From: an uncultured Rikenellaceae bacterium
GTDB lineage: Bacteria > Bacteroidota > Bacteroidia > Bacteroidales > VadinHA17
Assembly (NCBI GenBank): GCA_964429295.1
Contig: CAYSBL010000012.1
Coordinates: 1,646 to 65,645 of the forward strand
Length of the DNA stretch: 64,000 nt
Direction of reading: 5' to 3'
Shown here: positions 35,186-44,866 of the stretch, piece after piece
Numbering within the stretch: position 1 is the first letter of the stretch
Layout: every line of letters begins with the position of its first letter
Notes under the pieces: model-generated
What the model saw: the letters and a program-made list of their open reading frames with translations, nothing else
Database searches by the model: none
What the model was told of the DNA's origin: nothing
Made by a program: the position numbers and the translations under genes

Positions 35186-36050
35186 CCAGAAATCGGGATT
35201 CTGCTTCGGAGTTCAAAATGCGGTAGAGGTGGCAGAAAATGCCCTTCGTGAAGGGGAGACCGTCTATTCGCTTGGTTCAATCATGCATAACGATATGGAA
35301 ATGAAGCGCCTGTCTTCTCTCGGGCTGGTTACTGTCGACCACGACCAGTTCAGGACACTTAAAAACTGCAGGGTCCTGATAAGAGCGCATGGCGAACCTC
35401 CGGAAACATACCGGATAGCCATAGAGAACAATATAACGATCATTGAGGCAACCTGTCCTATTGTCAGGAGACTTCAGTCGAGGATAAAAAAAGCCTGGAC
35501 AGACATAAGTAAAAGGAACGGGCAGGTGGTAATTTTTGGAAAGCCCGGGCATGCAGAAGTGATAGGGTTGCTTGGCCAGACCAACAATGAAGGATTGCTG
35601 GTTTCCAATGAAGCCGATCTCGAAATTATTGATTTTTCGCGTCCGGTTGCATTATTTTCCCAGACAACCATGGAGATAAGCGAATTTGGAAAAATCAGAC
35701 AGCTTATCTTCGACAAAATGAAAACAAAGGGCATTGCCGATCCCGTCCAGGACCTTCTCGTATACAACACGGTTTGCGGTCAGGTTTCCGGCAGAGAACC
35801 CAACCTCAGGGCTTTTGCAGCTAAGCATGATACCGTGATATTTGTAAGCGGCAGGGATAGCTCGAACGGCAGAATGCTTTACTCCGTATGCAAAAAAATC
35901 AACCCCGACACTCATTTCATTTCATCGGTTGAAGAGATAAACCTGTCGTGGTTTGAAGGCAAAGAATCGGTCGGAATATGCGGAGCAACGTCTACCCCCA
36001 GGTGGCTTATAAGGCAGGTAAAGGATCACATCCGGAAAATCAGTGAATAA
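35169..36050 (+). CDS. ispH: 4-hydroxy-3-methylbut-2-enyl diphosphate reductase
   Basis: GFCFGVQNAV, IMHND, ATCPIV and NTVCGQV (the three cluster cysteines), plus GATSTP. Overlaps cmk by 17 nt. Confidence 0.95.
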   Translation: MRIEIDQKSGFCFGVQNAVEVAENALREGETVYSLGSIMHNDMEMKRLSSLGLVTVDHDQFRTLKNCRVLIRAHGEPPETYRIAIENNITIIEATCPIVRRLQSRIKKAWTDISKRNGQVVIFGKPGHAEVIGLLGQTNNEGLLVSNEADLEIIDFSRPVALFSQTTMEISEFGKIRQLIFDKMKTKGIADPVQDLLVYNTVCGQVSGREPNLRAFAAKHDTVIFVSGRDSSNGRMLYSVCKKINPDTHFISSVEEINLSWFEGKESVGICGATSTPRWLIRQVKDHIRKISE

Positions 36051-36060
36051 GGTAATTATT

Positions 36061-36921
36061 ATGACGGACACATCAGTCAAAAAAAGAAGGATTGCCAGGT
36101 TGTCAGTGATCTCAAACTCGTTGCTGATAGCTATGAAACTAATTGTGGGGCTTATCAGCGGTTCTGTAAGTATCATATCCGAAGCCATACATTCATCAAT
36201 GGACCTGGTTGCCGCCCTGATAGCTTTTTTTGCCGTAAGGGTATCAGACACTCCTCCCGATTCAAGACACCCATACGGACATGGCAAAGTTGAAAACATA
36301 TCTGGTGTAATAGAAGGAATTCTGATACTGATAGCAGCGGGTGTTATAATCGTTGAAGCCCTGAAAAAACTTCTTGGAAGCCATTCCCTGCCTGAGGTTG
36401 TGTGGATTGGTGCATTGGTGATGCTTGTTTCGGGTATTGTTAATATAATTGTATCGCGCCGTCTCTATAAAGTAGCCCGCGAGACCGGATCACTGGCCCT
36501 TGAAGCCGATGCCCTGCACCTGAAGACCGATGTTTACACATCACTTGGTGTTGCAGCAGGACTTGGAATAATTTATTTTACCGGAATTGTGTGGCTCGAT
36601 CCGGTGATAGCCATACTGGTGGCTCTTTTTATTCTAAAGGAATCATACAACCTTATAGCCAGGGCTTTTTCTCCGCTTCTGGATGCTTCCTGGCCGGAAG
36701 GCGAGATCAAGGATCTTGAGAGACACCTCAGTGACATGAAGGTAACTTTTCACGACCTGAGAACACGTGTAGCAGGCAATTACAGGTTTGTGGATCTCCA
36801 TATTGAGATACCCGGGGATGAATCGGTTGGGAATGCTCATTCCTACTGTGATATGATAGAAGACAAACTGAAAGATATCTATGCCAACCTGACCGTCACT
36901 ATACACGTTGAGCCCTGCTGA
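36061..36921 (+). CDS. cation diffusion facilitator family transporter
   Basis: ORF 36043 starts at GTG, so ATG 36061 is taken. Six TM helices. HSSMDLVAALIA and HLKTDVYTS are the metal-site motifs. Has a C-terminal cytoplasmic domain. Confidence 0.9.
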   Translation: MTDTSVKKRRIARLSVISNSLLIAMKLIVGLISGSVSIISEAIHSSMDLVAALIAFFAVRVSDTPPDSRHPYGHGKVENISGVIEGILILIAAGVIIVEALKKLLGSHSLPEVVWIGALVMLVSGIVNIIVSRRLYKVARETGSLALEADALHLKTDVYTSLGVAAGLGIIYFTGIVWLDPVIAILVALFILKESYNLIARAFSPLLDASWPEGEIKDLERHLSDMKVTFHDLRTRVAGNYRFVDLHIEIPGDESVGNAHSYCDMIEDKLKDIYANLTVTIHVEPC

Positions 36922-36945
36922 TTGAAGTCTGATCCACGGAGAGTA

Positions 36946-39198
36946 TCATTTCATATATTTAAGTCTCAGACTGTTGCTTACCACACTGACGCTGCTCAAA
37001 GCCATTGCAGCTCCGGCTATCATGGGATTGAGAAGGAATCCGGTAAAAGCGTACAGTGCCCCGGCTGCAACGGGGATGCCAATGACATTGTAAATAAAAG
37101 CCCAGAAAAGATTCTGCCTTATGGTTCTGACAGTGTTCCTGCTGAGGCGGATAGCAGAAGGTATCACTGAAAGATCGTTACCAATAATGGTCATACCGGC
37201 TGCATCAATGGCGATGTCCGATCCTCTTCCCATCGCTATGCTCACATCGGCCCGGGCCAGGGCCTGACTGTCGTTGATACCGTCGCCGGCCATTCCGACA
37301 ATCCTGCCGGAAGACTGCAATTCCTTAATGAAATCCTCTTTGTCTGAAGGGAGCATCCCGGCTCTGAAATGCCTTATCCCCGTTCTCTCAGCTACGGCTC
37401 CGGCTGTTCTGCCGTTGTCGCCTGTAACCAGGTAAACATCTATTCCCAAAGCTTCAAGCTTTCTGACAGCTTCAGCCGAAGTATTACGGATGGCGTCGGA
37501 AATGGAGAGTACGGCCAGTACTTTCCTGCTGTCGGAGAACCAGATAACTGTGGATGCGTTTCCTTCTTCCTCCAGGGCAAATTTCATCAGGCTTTCATCG
37601 GATGCCACTCCTCTGGAACTAATCAGATCGAAGGTTCCCGCGTAATATGTTTCACTTCCGATTATGCCCGTTATTCCCTTCCCGGTGATGCTTTCAGCTT
37701 TTTCCACCTGTACGCTTGAAGCACTTTTCTCAAGAAAGCGGACAACCGCTCCGGCAAGGGGATGTTCCGATAATTTTTCGAGGCTGAAGAGAATATCCCG
37801 GCCTCTCCTCTCTTCGCTTTCCGTGACCCATCTGATCCTTTCCACCGAAGGTAAGCCCTCCGTTACCGTTCCGGTTTTGTCGAGTACTATTGCATTGATC
37901 CTGTGAGTAAGTTCAAGTGCTGAAGCATCCTTTATCAATATGCCCTTTTCCGCTCCCTTTCCTATCCCCACCATTATTGCAGTTGGAGTTGCGAGGCCCA
38001 GGGCACAGGGGCATGCTATTACGAGGACCGTTATCATTGCCATCAGTCCTGTTGCAAAGCCCTCCTCCCCTCCTGCTGCAATCCATAGGGCAAATGAAAG
38101 CAGTGCAATTGCAACTACTGCCGGAACAAAGATAGCGGCTATCCGGTCGACAAGCTTCTGGACTGGAGCCTTGCTTCCCTGGGCTTCCTGAACGAGCCTG
38201 ATAATGCCGCTCAGTAGTGTGTCTGATCCTACCTTTTCAGCAATAAACTGAAAGCTGCCCTTCTGATTAATTGTCCCTGCAAAAACCTCTGAACCCGGTT
38301 CCTTGAGCGCTGCAACAGGTTCTCCGCTGATCATGCTTTCATCCACATAACTGCTGCCGGATGTTACTTTGCCGTCGACCGGGATATTTCCACCCGGCTT
38401 TACAAGAATTGTATCACCTGGTTTTACCTTTGAGATCAGGAATTCGCGGATCTCACCCTCTGGCAGTACTTTAAACAGGGTAAGCGGCTGGAGTCCAATC
38501 AGTTTTTTCAGGGCGGAAGAAGTATTTGCCTTTGCCCTGTCTTCAAGAAGTCTTCCAAGGAGAACCAGGGCAATGACAACCCCTGAGGCTTCAAAGTAAA
38601 CATGAGCATGAAGTCCCCTGCTGTTCCAGAATTCAGGGAAAAGAATGTTGAAGACGCTGAAAAGATAAGCTATTCCCGTACTGAGAGCCACCAGTGTATC
38701 CATTGTAGCATGCCGGTGCCGCAACTGTTTCCAGGCATTGATGAAAAAGGAAGATCCAGACCAGATAACTATCGGTGTTGCCAGGGCCCACATCAGATAG
38801 TCGGCTCCCGGAATATCCATAAAGACCATACTTACAAGAAACAGGGGCACGGCCAGGATCATGGCGGCCAAAGCTTTCCGCCGGAGTAGCCTGTGATTTC
38901 TCATCTGAAGGTTTTCATGTTCCTCCCTGGCATGAGCTGGATCGCCGGTTATGAGATCGTATCCGGCCGACACTACTGCTTCCCTCAGTTCATCGGGAGT
39001 AACCTCTGATTTAAGGTATTCAAGTGTAACAATCTGGGATGCAAGGTTTACAGAAGCCGAAACAACGCCCGGCTGCTTTTTTATTGTCGATTCGATGTTT
39101 GCAGCGCATGAAGCGCACGACATACCGGTTACCGGAAACTGTTTCCTGACAGTTTTTCCTGTTGCTGAATCGCTTTCATTATGTACTTCACCCGTCAT
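36946..39198 (-). CDS. copA: heavy-metal (copper)-translocating P1B-type ATPase
   Basis: N-terminal HMA domain GMSCASCAANIE, the CPC motif (ACPCALGLATP), DKTGTVT and GDGINDSQAL. Confidence 0.93.
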   Translation of the reverse strand: MTGEVHNESDSATGKTVRKQFPVTGMSCASCAANIESTIKKQPGVVSASVNLASQIVTLEYLKSEVTPDELREAVVSAGYDLITGDPAHAREEHENLQMRNHRLLRRKALAAMILAVPLFLVSMVFMDIPGADYLMWALATPIVIWSGSSFFINAWKQLRHRHATMDTLVALSTGIAYLFSVFNILFPEFWNSRGLHAHVYFEASGVVIALVLLGRLLEDRAKANTSSALKKLIGLQPLTLFKVLPEGEIREFLISKVKPGDTILVKPGGNIPVDGKVTSGSSYVDESMISGEPVAALKEPGSEVFAGTINQKGSFQFIAEKVGSDTLLSGIIRLVQEAQGSKAPVQKLVDRIAAIFVPAVVAIALLSFALWIAAGGEEGFATGLMAMITVLVIACPCALGLATPTAIMVGIGKGAEKGILIKDASALELTHRINAIVLDKTGTVTEGLPSVERIRWVTESEERRGRDILFSLEKLSEHPLAGAVVRFLEKSASSVQVEKAESITGKGITGIIGSETYYAGTFDLISSRGVASDESLMKFALEEEGNASTVIWFSDSRKVLAVLSISDAIRNTSAEAVRKLEALGIDVYLVTGDNGRTAGAVAERTGIRHFRAGMLPSDKEDFIKELQSSGRIVGMAGDGINDSQALARADVSIAMGRGSDIAIDAAGMTIIGNDLSVIPSAIRLSRNTVRTIRQNLFWAFIYNVIGIPVAAGALYAFTGFLLNPMIAGAAMALSSVSVVSNSLRLKYMK

Positions 39199-39248
39199 TT
39201 TGCAATGCCTTTATCATCCTATCTTCAACACTAACAAAAAAGGAGGGG

Positions 39249-39256
39249 CAAAGTTA
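39249..39256 (-). promoter_or_regulatory. candidate -7 box for copA
   Basis: The reverse strand reads TAACTTTG, an exact TAnnTTTG match, about 50 nt upstream of the copA ATG. Confidence 0.35.
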
Positions 39257-39284
39257 AATCAATGATGTTAAAACCAACGGGATT

Positions 39285-40277
39285 TTATCTTGAACGCACC
39301 TCTCTTTTCATAAAGGAAACATAGGAAAGCACGAAGCAAATGACAGTTGCTGCCACCAGGCCGGTAATCTGCGGCCAGACTATCAGCAGGCTCTGTCCGA
39401 GGGGGAGCGATCCGGGTATTGTCCCATATATCTTCTCAACCGTCAGGGGACCCAGGCTGCGTACAGTCGGAACAAGTATTGTAGTCGTTGCATCGCTGAA
39501 CAGCTGACCGGGAAGCACCCTGAAGAGGTTCATCACCAGTTCCTGGTAAGCCACCACCTGACCGGCCGAAGCATTGGCGGAAGGTTGTGCTGCCCTTGCA
39601 ATAAGGCTTACCAGAATGCTGTAGAATACTGTAAGGAAAAGCCATGTTGCTATACCGGCCAGTGCGGATGTGGCAGGCTGGCGGAATCTTACCGAAAAGA
39701 AGATCGACAGGTTGAGCCAGAATGAAATATAGAGTATCCCAACAATGATGAAGATTACTATCCTTAGAAACTCATCGGCCGTAGGGGGAATCCCTGTCGC
39801 GATGAGCCCCGCTCCCATAACCAGTAAACCCAGGCTGAACATCATCACGCTCAGCACAATAATGGCTGCCGTAAACTTGGTGTTTATAACATAATCCCGG
39901 TGAACCGGCTGAGAGAGCATACGGCTCAGTGTACCCTTGTTCTCTTCAGCGTTTATGGCATCGAATCCCATTATCAGTCCGAGAAGCGGTCCCAGAAAAC
40001 TGATGAACACGAAGAATGAGGGCAATGTCCCGTCCGAAGCGGTGAAAAGTCTGAGGAAAATAAAGGAGTCGCCTGTTGCATTCGCTTTTACCGCATCATC
40101 AATATTGGCAATGGCCACCGAGACAGAACCCAGACAGGTAAGGAAAATCAGAAACAGCAGGATTATGAACCGCCAGCTCCTTACGTAATCGGATATCTCC
40201 TTGTTTACCATTGCCATAAAAGGATGGATGGCTTTATCACCACCCTGACCTTCCGGCTTGCTATATCTTTTTTTCAT
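39285..40277 (-). CDS. ABC-2 type transporter permease
   Basis: ORF 39285..40388 is trimmed to ATG 40277 (MKKRYSKPEG...). Another ATG is at 40217. Six or so TM helices and a large first external loop. Overlaps the ATPase stop by 17 nt. Confidence 0.75.
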   Translation of the reverse strand: MKKRYSKPEGQGGDKAIHPFMAMVNKEISDYVRSWRFIILLFLIFLTCLGSVSVAIANIDDAVKANATGDSFIFLRLFTASDGTLPSFFVFISFLGPLLGLIMGFDAINAEENKGTLSRMLSQPVHRDYVINTKFTAAIIVLSVMMFSLGLLVMGAGLIATGIPPTADEFLRIVIFIIVGILYISFWLNLSIFFSVRFRQPATSALAGIATWLFLTVFYSILVSLIARAAQPSANASAGQVVAYQELVMNLFRVLPGQLFSDATTTILVPTVRSLGPLTVEKIYGTIPGSLPLGQSLLIVWPQITGLVAATVICFVLSYVSFMKREVRSR

Positions 40278-41235
40278 ATCCCTCGAAATAACGGTTATAA
40301 ATATCATCAAGGCCGTATTCCTTTCCCGAGAGGGAAGTAAGCACTGCGCCCGAACCGAGGATCGTCCCTGCAATATCACCAGTGACATCTTCAGAGCATC
40401 CGATTCTCAGAATTTTGCCGTCTGACTCCAGCGAAACTATTCCTTTCAATTCTCCAAGCTTTTCCTTTAGCCGGGAAAAAATACCGGCTGCAAGGTCAGG
40501 GTCTCCGGGCAGATTGACACCCGCCTCCACTACCAGAGGCTCATGGGAGAATAATTTACGGGATAAGGTATTCAGATCGCCCTCAGCAATCAGCCGGCCT
40601 CCGACGAAAATCGCCACACGGTCGCACACGGCCTGTATCTGATGAAGGTGATGGGAAGAAAGCAGAACGGTATTCTTTTCTTCACGGGCCAGCCTTTCAA
40701 TAAGTTCAAGAAACTCAATGACGCCCCGCGGATCTATCCCCAGAGTAGGCTCATCAAGGATTATTACTTCAGGGTCCTTTACAAGTACATCGGCCAGGCC
40801 GAGGCGTTGACGCATCCCCCGCGAGTATTTACCGGCCTTTTTTGATTTCTCTCCCGACAATCCGACTCTTTCAAGCAGGTGCATCACTCTTTCCCTGGCT
40901 TCTCCTTCAGGAATGGAATTTAGTCTTGCTGTGTACATCAGGTTCTCAAACCCGGTATAGTCGTCGTAAAATCCCACATCCTCCGGAAGATACCCGACTT
41001 TTCGTTTCACATCGACCGGATTTGTTACAGGATTTATTCCGCAGATCCTTATTATACCAGTGGTCGGTTCGGTAAGCCCGAGCATCATCAGTATGGTTGT
41101 TGATTTGCCGGCGCCGTTAGGGCCGAGCAGACCGAATATTTCACCTCTTCCTACACTCAGGGTAAGCCTGTCGACGGCGGTGAATGACCCGTATTTCTTT
41201 GTGAGGTCAGATATTTCAATAACCGGACCGTCCAT
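40261..41235 (-). CDS. ABC transporter ATP-binding protein
   Basis: Walker A GPNGAGKST, a signature-like YSRGMRQRLGLA and Walker B VIILDEPT, plus a C-terminal accessory domain. Confidence 0.92.
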   Translation of the reverse strand: MDGPVIEISDLTKKYGSFTAVDRLTLSVGRGEIFGLLGPNGAGKSTTILMMLGLTEPTTGIIRICGINPVTNPVDVKRKVGYLPEDVGFYDDYTGFENLMYTARLNSIPEGEARERVMHLLERVGLSGEKSKKAGKYSRGMRQRLGLADVLVKDPEVIILDEPTLGIDPRGVIEFLELIERLAREEKNTVLLSSHHLHQIQAVCDRVAIFVGGRLIAEGDLNTLSRKLFSHEPLVVEAGVNLPGDPDLAAGIFSRLKEKLGELKGIVSLESDGKILRIGCSEDVTGDIAGTILGSGAVLTSLSGKEYGLDDIYNRYFEGYEKKI

Positions 41236-41238
41236 TAC

Positions 41239-42390
41239 CTACCTCCTTCCGTACTTGCGGAACAGATAAAACACACCTCCCAGAGCTCCGAGAATTACTA
41301 ATACCCCGATCCAGCCCCAGAGCATCGGTGTCTTCACTGTAACCCTGAACGTTATTTTGCTTGTTGATTCTGCCGTTGATGCATCCATGGTGGTGACATA
41401 ATCGCCGGCAATGGCCTTTTTGTATGCCTTTAGCGTAGCTTTGACCTGCACCGACTCACCCGGGGCAATCCTGTCGATTCTTGAAGGTTCAAAGGCAAGT
41501 TCCCAGTTAAGAGGGGCACCCGATTCAAGTTTCACGTTCAACAAATCGATCGAACCCGTATTCTGGACAACCAGATCGAGGCGTTTTGTCTCTCCTGCCG
41601 TGATGCTGGTGCTCAACAGTCCGGCCGGTGTGGTAAGGTTCAGGCCGTAAGTTCCGGTGATGACCACCTCGAGGTCGAGAGAAGCAGTGGATGCACTTGT
41701 TGAGACCATCGCCTTTATATTATAAGTTCCCGCTATAGCATTGTCGGGAGGGTTGACATCAATACCCATATCGACCTTACCGTTAGCCAGCACATCGACT
41801 GAAGTGGCCTGCTGATAATTGGGTTTGAATGTAACCACCCATCCCGGGGGATAGCTGGCAGCCAGTGCATAATGCTGGTTGTCGGCAGTAAGGTTATTGA
41901 TTGTTGTCTGAAAATTGAAAGTGGAAGTGGATGTACCCTGCATATTGGCCTGCCTGGTGGTAAGCTCTGTCTTATAAGTTCCCTGGGAAGCTACTATCAG
42001 AGTGAGCGGAAGGATATCGAGGTCCCCGGCCTTCACCTGGAAACGGTAGCTACCCTTGCTGACCTTAAGCGGGACCTCAACCCTGAGGGTAAAGCTCTTC
42101 TTGTCGCCCGGAAGAACAGAGATCTCTCTTACGTTGAACCCGCCCGATTTAACAGAATAGTTCCAGCTTGCAGGTATCCCTGAGACTATGATCTCCGCAT
42201 CCTTTACCGAGGAAGAGTTGTTGATCAGGTCGACCGAGTAATCGACCGCCTCGCCGGGTGCGACCGAGATTTTGAGATAGGGTGTGTAAAGCTTCACGCT
42301 GTCGGATTGAGCGGAAGCACTGACGTTAAGGGATATTGCGCCCAGAACGGCAAGAAACATCATTTTCAACGAACAAGTACTGATTGACAT
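41239..42390 (-). CDS. secreted three-domain Ig-like (NEW3/CARDB-like) protein with C-terminal TM anchor
   Basis: ORF trimmed to ATG 42390 (MSISTCSLKMMFLAVLGAISLNVSASAQ signal peptide). Three ~100-aa repeats each contain a ...PGxxxxxxLxVxxP...AGxY... pattern. C-terminal helix WGWIGVLVILGALGGVFYLF followed by RKYGRR. First gene of the ABC unit. Confidence 0.55.
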   Translation of the reverse strand: MSISTCSLKMMFLAVLGAISLNVSASAQSDSVKLYTPYLKISVAPGEAVDYSVDLINNSSSVKDAEIIVSGIPASWNYSVKSGGFNVREISVLPGDKKSFTLRVEVPLKVSKGSYRFQVKAGDLDILPLTLIVASQGTYKTELTTRQANMQGTSTSTFNFQTTINNLTADNQHYALAASYPPGWVVTFKPNYQQATSVDVLANGKVDMGIDVNPPDNAIAGTYNIKAMVSTSASTASLDLEVVITGTYGLNLTTPAGLLSTSITAGETKRLDLVVQNTGSIDLLNVKLESGAPLNWELAFEPSRIDRIAPGESVQVKATLKAYKKAIAGDYVTTMDASTAESTSKITFRVTVKTPMLWGWIGVLVILGALGGVFYLFRKYGRR

Positions 42391-42748
42391 ATTAAATCCT
42401 CCATTAATTATAAATGACAATAAATACTGGGGCAAATGTAAAATCTGGACTTTTTTTTTAAAAACCATTTTTTTTAAAATACTCTGCAGATTCTCTTAAA
42501 TTTTTGTTAAAAATCATCTTGCGCAACGACAATTGATTCCCAACGTCTGGATTTTTGCAGGGGAATACGGCCTTTACCATATTAATCTCTGATCAGTGAC
42601 TTCAGAGCAGGAGATAATAGAAGGACCTGCACTCCAAATATTTGATGAATTTTTGAATCGGCTGAATGCCTCAGTCCGCAAGCCGGATAACAAGATGCGA
42701 TATTTAATATATTAGCAGCATAATTATAATTCTAATCTGATAAAGAAA

Positions 42749-43198
42749 ATGTCACTCACAGAGAAAATTGCAGCCGATCTGATAACAGCCATGAAATCGA
42801 AGGACACGGTATCTCTTGAAGCCTTAAGGGCAGCAAAAACAGCTTTCCTTCTTGCTCATTCTGAAAAGGGCTCAGAAAGTGTTCTGACACCCGAGGAAGA
42901 GATCCGTATAATTCAGAAGCTTGTAAAGCAGAGGCGCGAATCAGCTCAGATCTACAGGGATAACAACAGGGCCGATCTCAGTGAAAAGGAGAGCGCTGAA
43001 GCCGGAGTTCTCGAAAAATATCTTCCGGCTAAAATGAGCGGGGAAGAAATGGAATCAGCAGTCAGGTCTATTATAGAACGAGTCGGGGCAAAATCCGTAT
43101 CCGATCTCGGAAAGGTTATGGGCCCGGCAATGAAAGAGCTGGCCGGCAAAGCCGATGGAAAAGAGATATCAGCAGTTGTTAAAAAGCTGCTGGGATAA
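42749..43198 (+). CDS. GatB/YqeY domain-containing protein
   Basis: 149 aa. MSLTEKIAADLITAMKSKD...LEALRAAK...IYRDNNRADLSEKESAE...LEKYLP is typical of YqeY. Confidence 0.9.
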   Translation: MSLTEKIAADLITAMKSKDTVSLEALRAAKTAFLLAHSEKGSESVLTPEEEIRIIQKLVKQRRESAQIYRDNNRADLSEKESAEAGVLEKYLPAKMSGEEMESAVRSIIERVGAKSVSDLGKVMGPAMKELAGKADGKEISAVVKKLLG

Positions 43199-43209
43199 AG
43201 ACAGAAATT

Positions 43210-43263
43210 GTCGTGCAGGTCGTGCAGGTTATGCAGGTCGTGCAGGTCGTGCAGGCCGTGCGG
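43210..43263. repeat. 9-mer tandem array x6 (GTCGTGCAG)
   Basis: GTCGTGCAG GTCGTGCAG GTTATGCAG GTCGTGCAG GTCGTGCAG GCCGTGCGG. Begins 11 nt after the yqeY-like stop codon. Confidence 0.85.
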
Positions 43264-43280
43264 ATCAATGTCACCGAAAA

Positions 43281-43315
43281 AGCTGAATGCTTAGAGCTGA
43301 TCGCAGATAGCTGAT
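43281..43315. repeat. AGCTGA(A/T) repeated three times at an exact 14-nt period
   Basis: AGCTGAA at 43281, AGCTGAT at 43295 and AGCTGAT at 43309. Lies between the 9-mer array and the GH26 stop (43325). Confidence 0.6.
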
Positions 43316-43324
43316 TGCTATATC

Positions 43325-44863
43325 TCAATACTTGTCGTAAACAGTCAGTGTAGTGGACGGGCCTCTGCCCATCGTTCCTTCTGATGTCTGGATGATATGA
43401 AGTTTTTTTCCTCTCTTCTGAAGGGTCCACACCTCACCTGATTTCACCTCAACAGGTGGTTTTTCCCCGAACTTCATGGTGACTTTCGAAAGAATTGTCA
43501 GAGAATCCCTCTCTGCCGACCAGTTTGCATTCTGCACTCTGGGCGAGTTCATAAAGCCGGTCGAAATATTATCCGAACCATCAAGTTTAATTGTCATATC
43601 AGACACTTCGTCATCATCCCATTCCACAACCGAAAATGATTTTACGGAAAACATATCTCCTTCCTGCTTCACAATGATCCTGTAGGGGGGAATTGTTCTT
43701 CCCTGTCCGCCCGTAGCACTGCTTTCGGATTCATTCAGTCTCCATTCACCCGTAAAATTGGCTGCCCTGTCTATCTTTACGGGTTCAAATCCGCAAGCCC
43801 TTCTGTAGTCGGCAGTACCTTCGATATAGTTCCTGTCTTCCATAAAGACCACCTTCGGATCAGCTTTCAGCTTCTCATAATCAGCAATGGAGGTTCCTCT
43901 GGCCATTCCGGCCCACACAACCCAGTAAATCCAGGCAGGTTGCCTTGCGATAATTTCAGGAGCTGGCGGATTGCCAACTTCTCCGAGGGTAACAGGTTTA
44001 CCTTTAGCCAGGGCAAGCAAACCTTCGTAATACGACTGGTTAAAATCGTTCCCGTAGATGTCGATAGATAGAATATCAAGGTACTCGTTTCCCGGATAAT
44101 AGTTTACGAATTCCCTTCCGGGCTGACTTGGCCGGTCGACGCTCCACACCCATATCAGGTTATCGAGTTTATGGTAATTCACCAGTCTGTCGAACATCTG
44201 CCTGTAAAGGGCTGCAGTAGTGTATTTGCCCTGGTATCTTCCGCCCCACCAGAACCAGTCTCCGTTCATTTCATGATAAGGTCTCCAAAGAACAGGGACT
44301 CCGGCATCACTTAGTTGTTTAAGGAATCCCGCAATCTCGTCTACCTGTTTAATCCATTTATTGTAAAGGTCAGTACGGCGTGTAAGTATATCCCTGAATT
44401 GTTTATCGGTAAGTCTTCCCTGGACGCTTGCCAGAGGTGCAGCAGGGTCTGCACCCCTGACAGGTTGAAATGTCACAGGTTCCTCAGCGGTCGGAGGCAC
44501 CGCATGCCAGCACAGTGTAATAAGATATCCGTTTCTGTGCTGTCTGATTGCTTCCCTGATTATCTCAGGCCGGGCCAGATATGAATCCTTATCCCCTTCT
44601 GCGGCAAAACCGAAATCCTGGCTCCAAACGGGGGGAGTTTTCCCAATGAAATCGCCTGCAAAAACTGTATTCCTCGATCCGGTATTTGGAAAATTATGTT
44701 GTCCGGCAAGAATCTGCTTCCCGCTTATACTGTAGAGATATCTTAGCAAGGCTTTTGCTTCCGGTGAAGCATCAGGAGTTACCGGCTCCTGAGCATACGA
44801 AAAGCACACAGCAAGACCTGACATTAATAATGCCAGGGCCGTTCTCCTTAATTTAATGTGCAT
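43325..44863 (-). CDS. glycoside hydrolase family 26 (beta-mannanase-like) with C-terminal ~140-aa lipocalin-like domain
   Basis: Signal peptide. GH26 motif LWRPYHEMNGDWFWWG and the DIYGNDF/LGEVG regions. The C-terminal domain (43325-43756) is paralogous to the adjacent small ORF. Confidence 0.85.
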   Translation of the reverse strand: MHIKLRRTALALLMSGLAVCFSYAQEPVTPDASPEAKALLRYLYSISGKQILAGQHNFPNTGSRNTVFAGDFIGKTPPVWSQDFGFAAEGDKDSYLARPEIIREAIRQHRNGYLITLCWHAVPPTAEEPVTFQPVRGADPAAPLASVQGRLTDKQFRDILTRRTDLYNKWIKQVDEIAGFLKQLSDAGVPVLWRPYHEMNGDWFWWGGRYQGKYTTAALYRQMFDRLVNYHKLDNLIWVWSVDRPSQPGREFVNYYPGNEYLDILSIDIYGNDFNQSYYEGLLALAKGKPVTLGEVGNPPAPEIIARQPAWIYWVVWAGMARGTSIADYEKLKADPKVVFMEDRNYIEGTADYRRACGFEPVKIDRAANFTGEWRLNESESSATGGQGRTIPPYRIIVKQEGDMFSVKSFSVVEWDDDEVSDMTIKLDGSDNISTGFMNSPRVQNANWSAERDSLTILSKVTMKFGEKPPVEVKSGEVWTLQKRGKKLHIIQTSEGTMGRGPSTTLTVYDKY

Positions 44864-44866
44864 CAG

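Noticed and set aside
43210-43263. Possibility that the tandem arrays (here and at 54488-54543) are CRISPR-like.
   Set aside because: The units are 7-9 nt and directly abutting, with no unique spacers. No cas genes are present in the window. These are microsatellite or structured elements, not CRISPR.
43179-43430. 83-aa minus-strand ORF whose product contains ...TACTTCTTCITCTTCTT...
   Set aside because: It is simply the 9-mer tandem array read in frame, and it overlaps the GH26 C-terminus out of frame.
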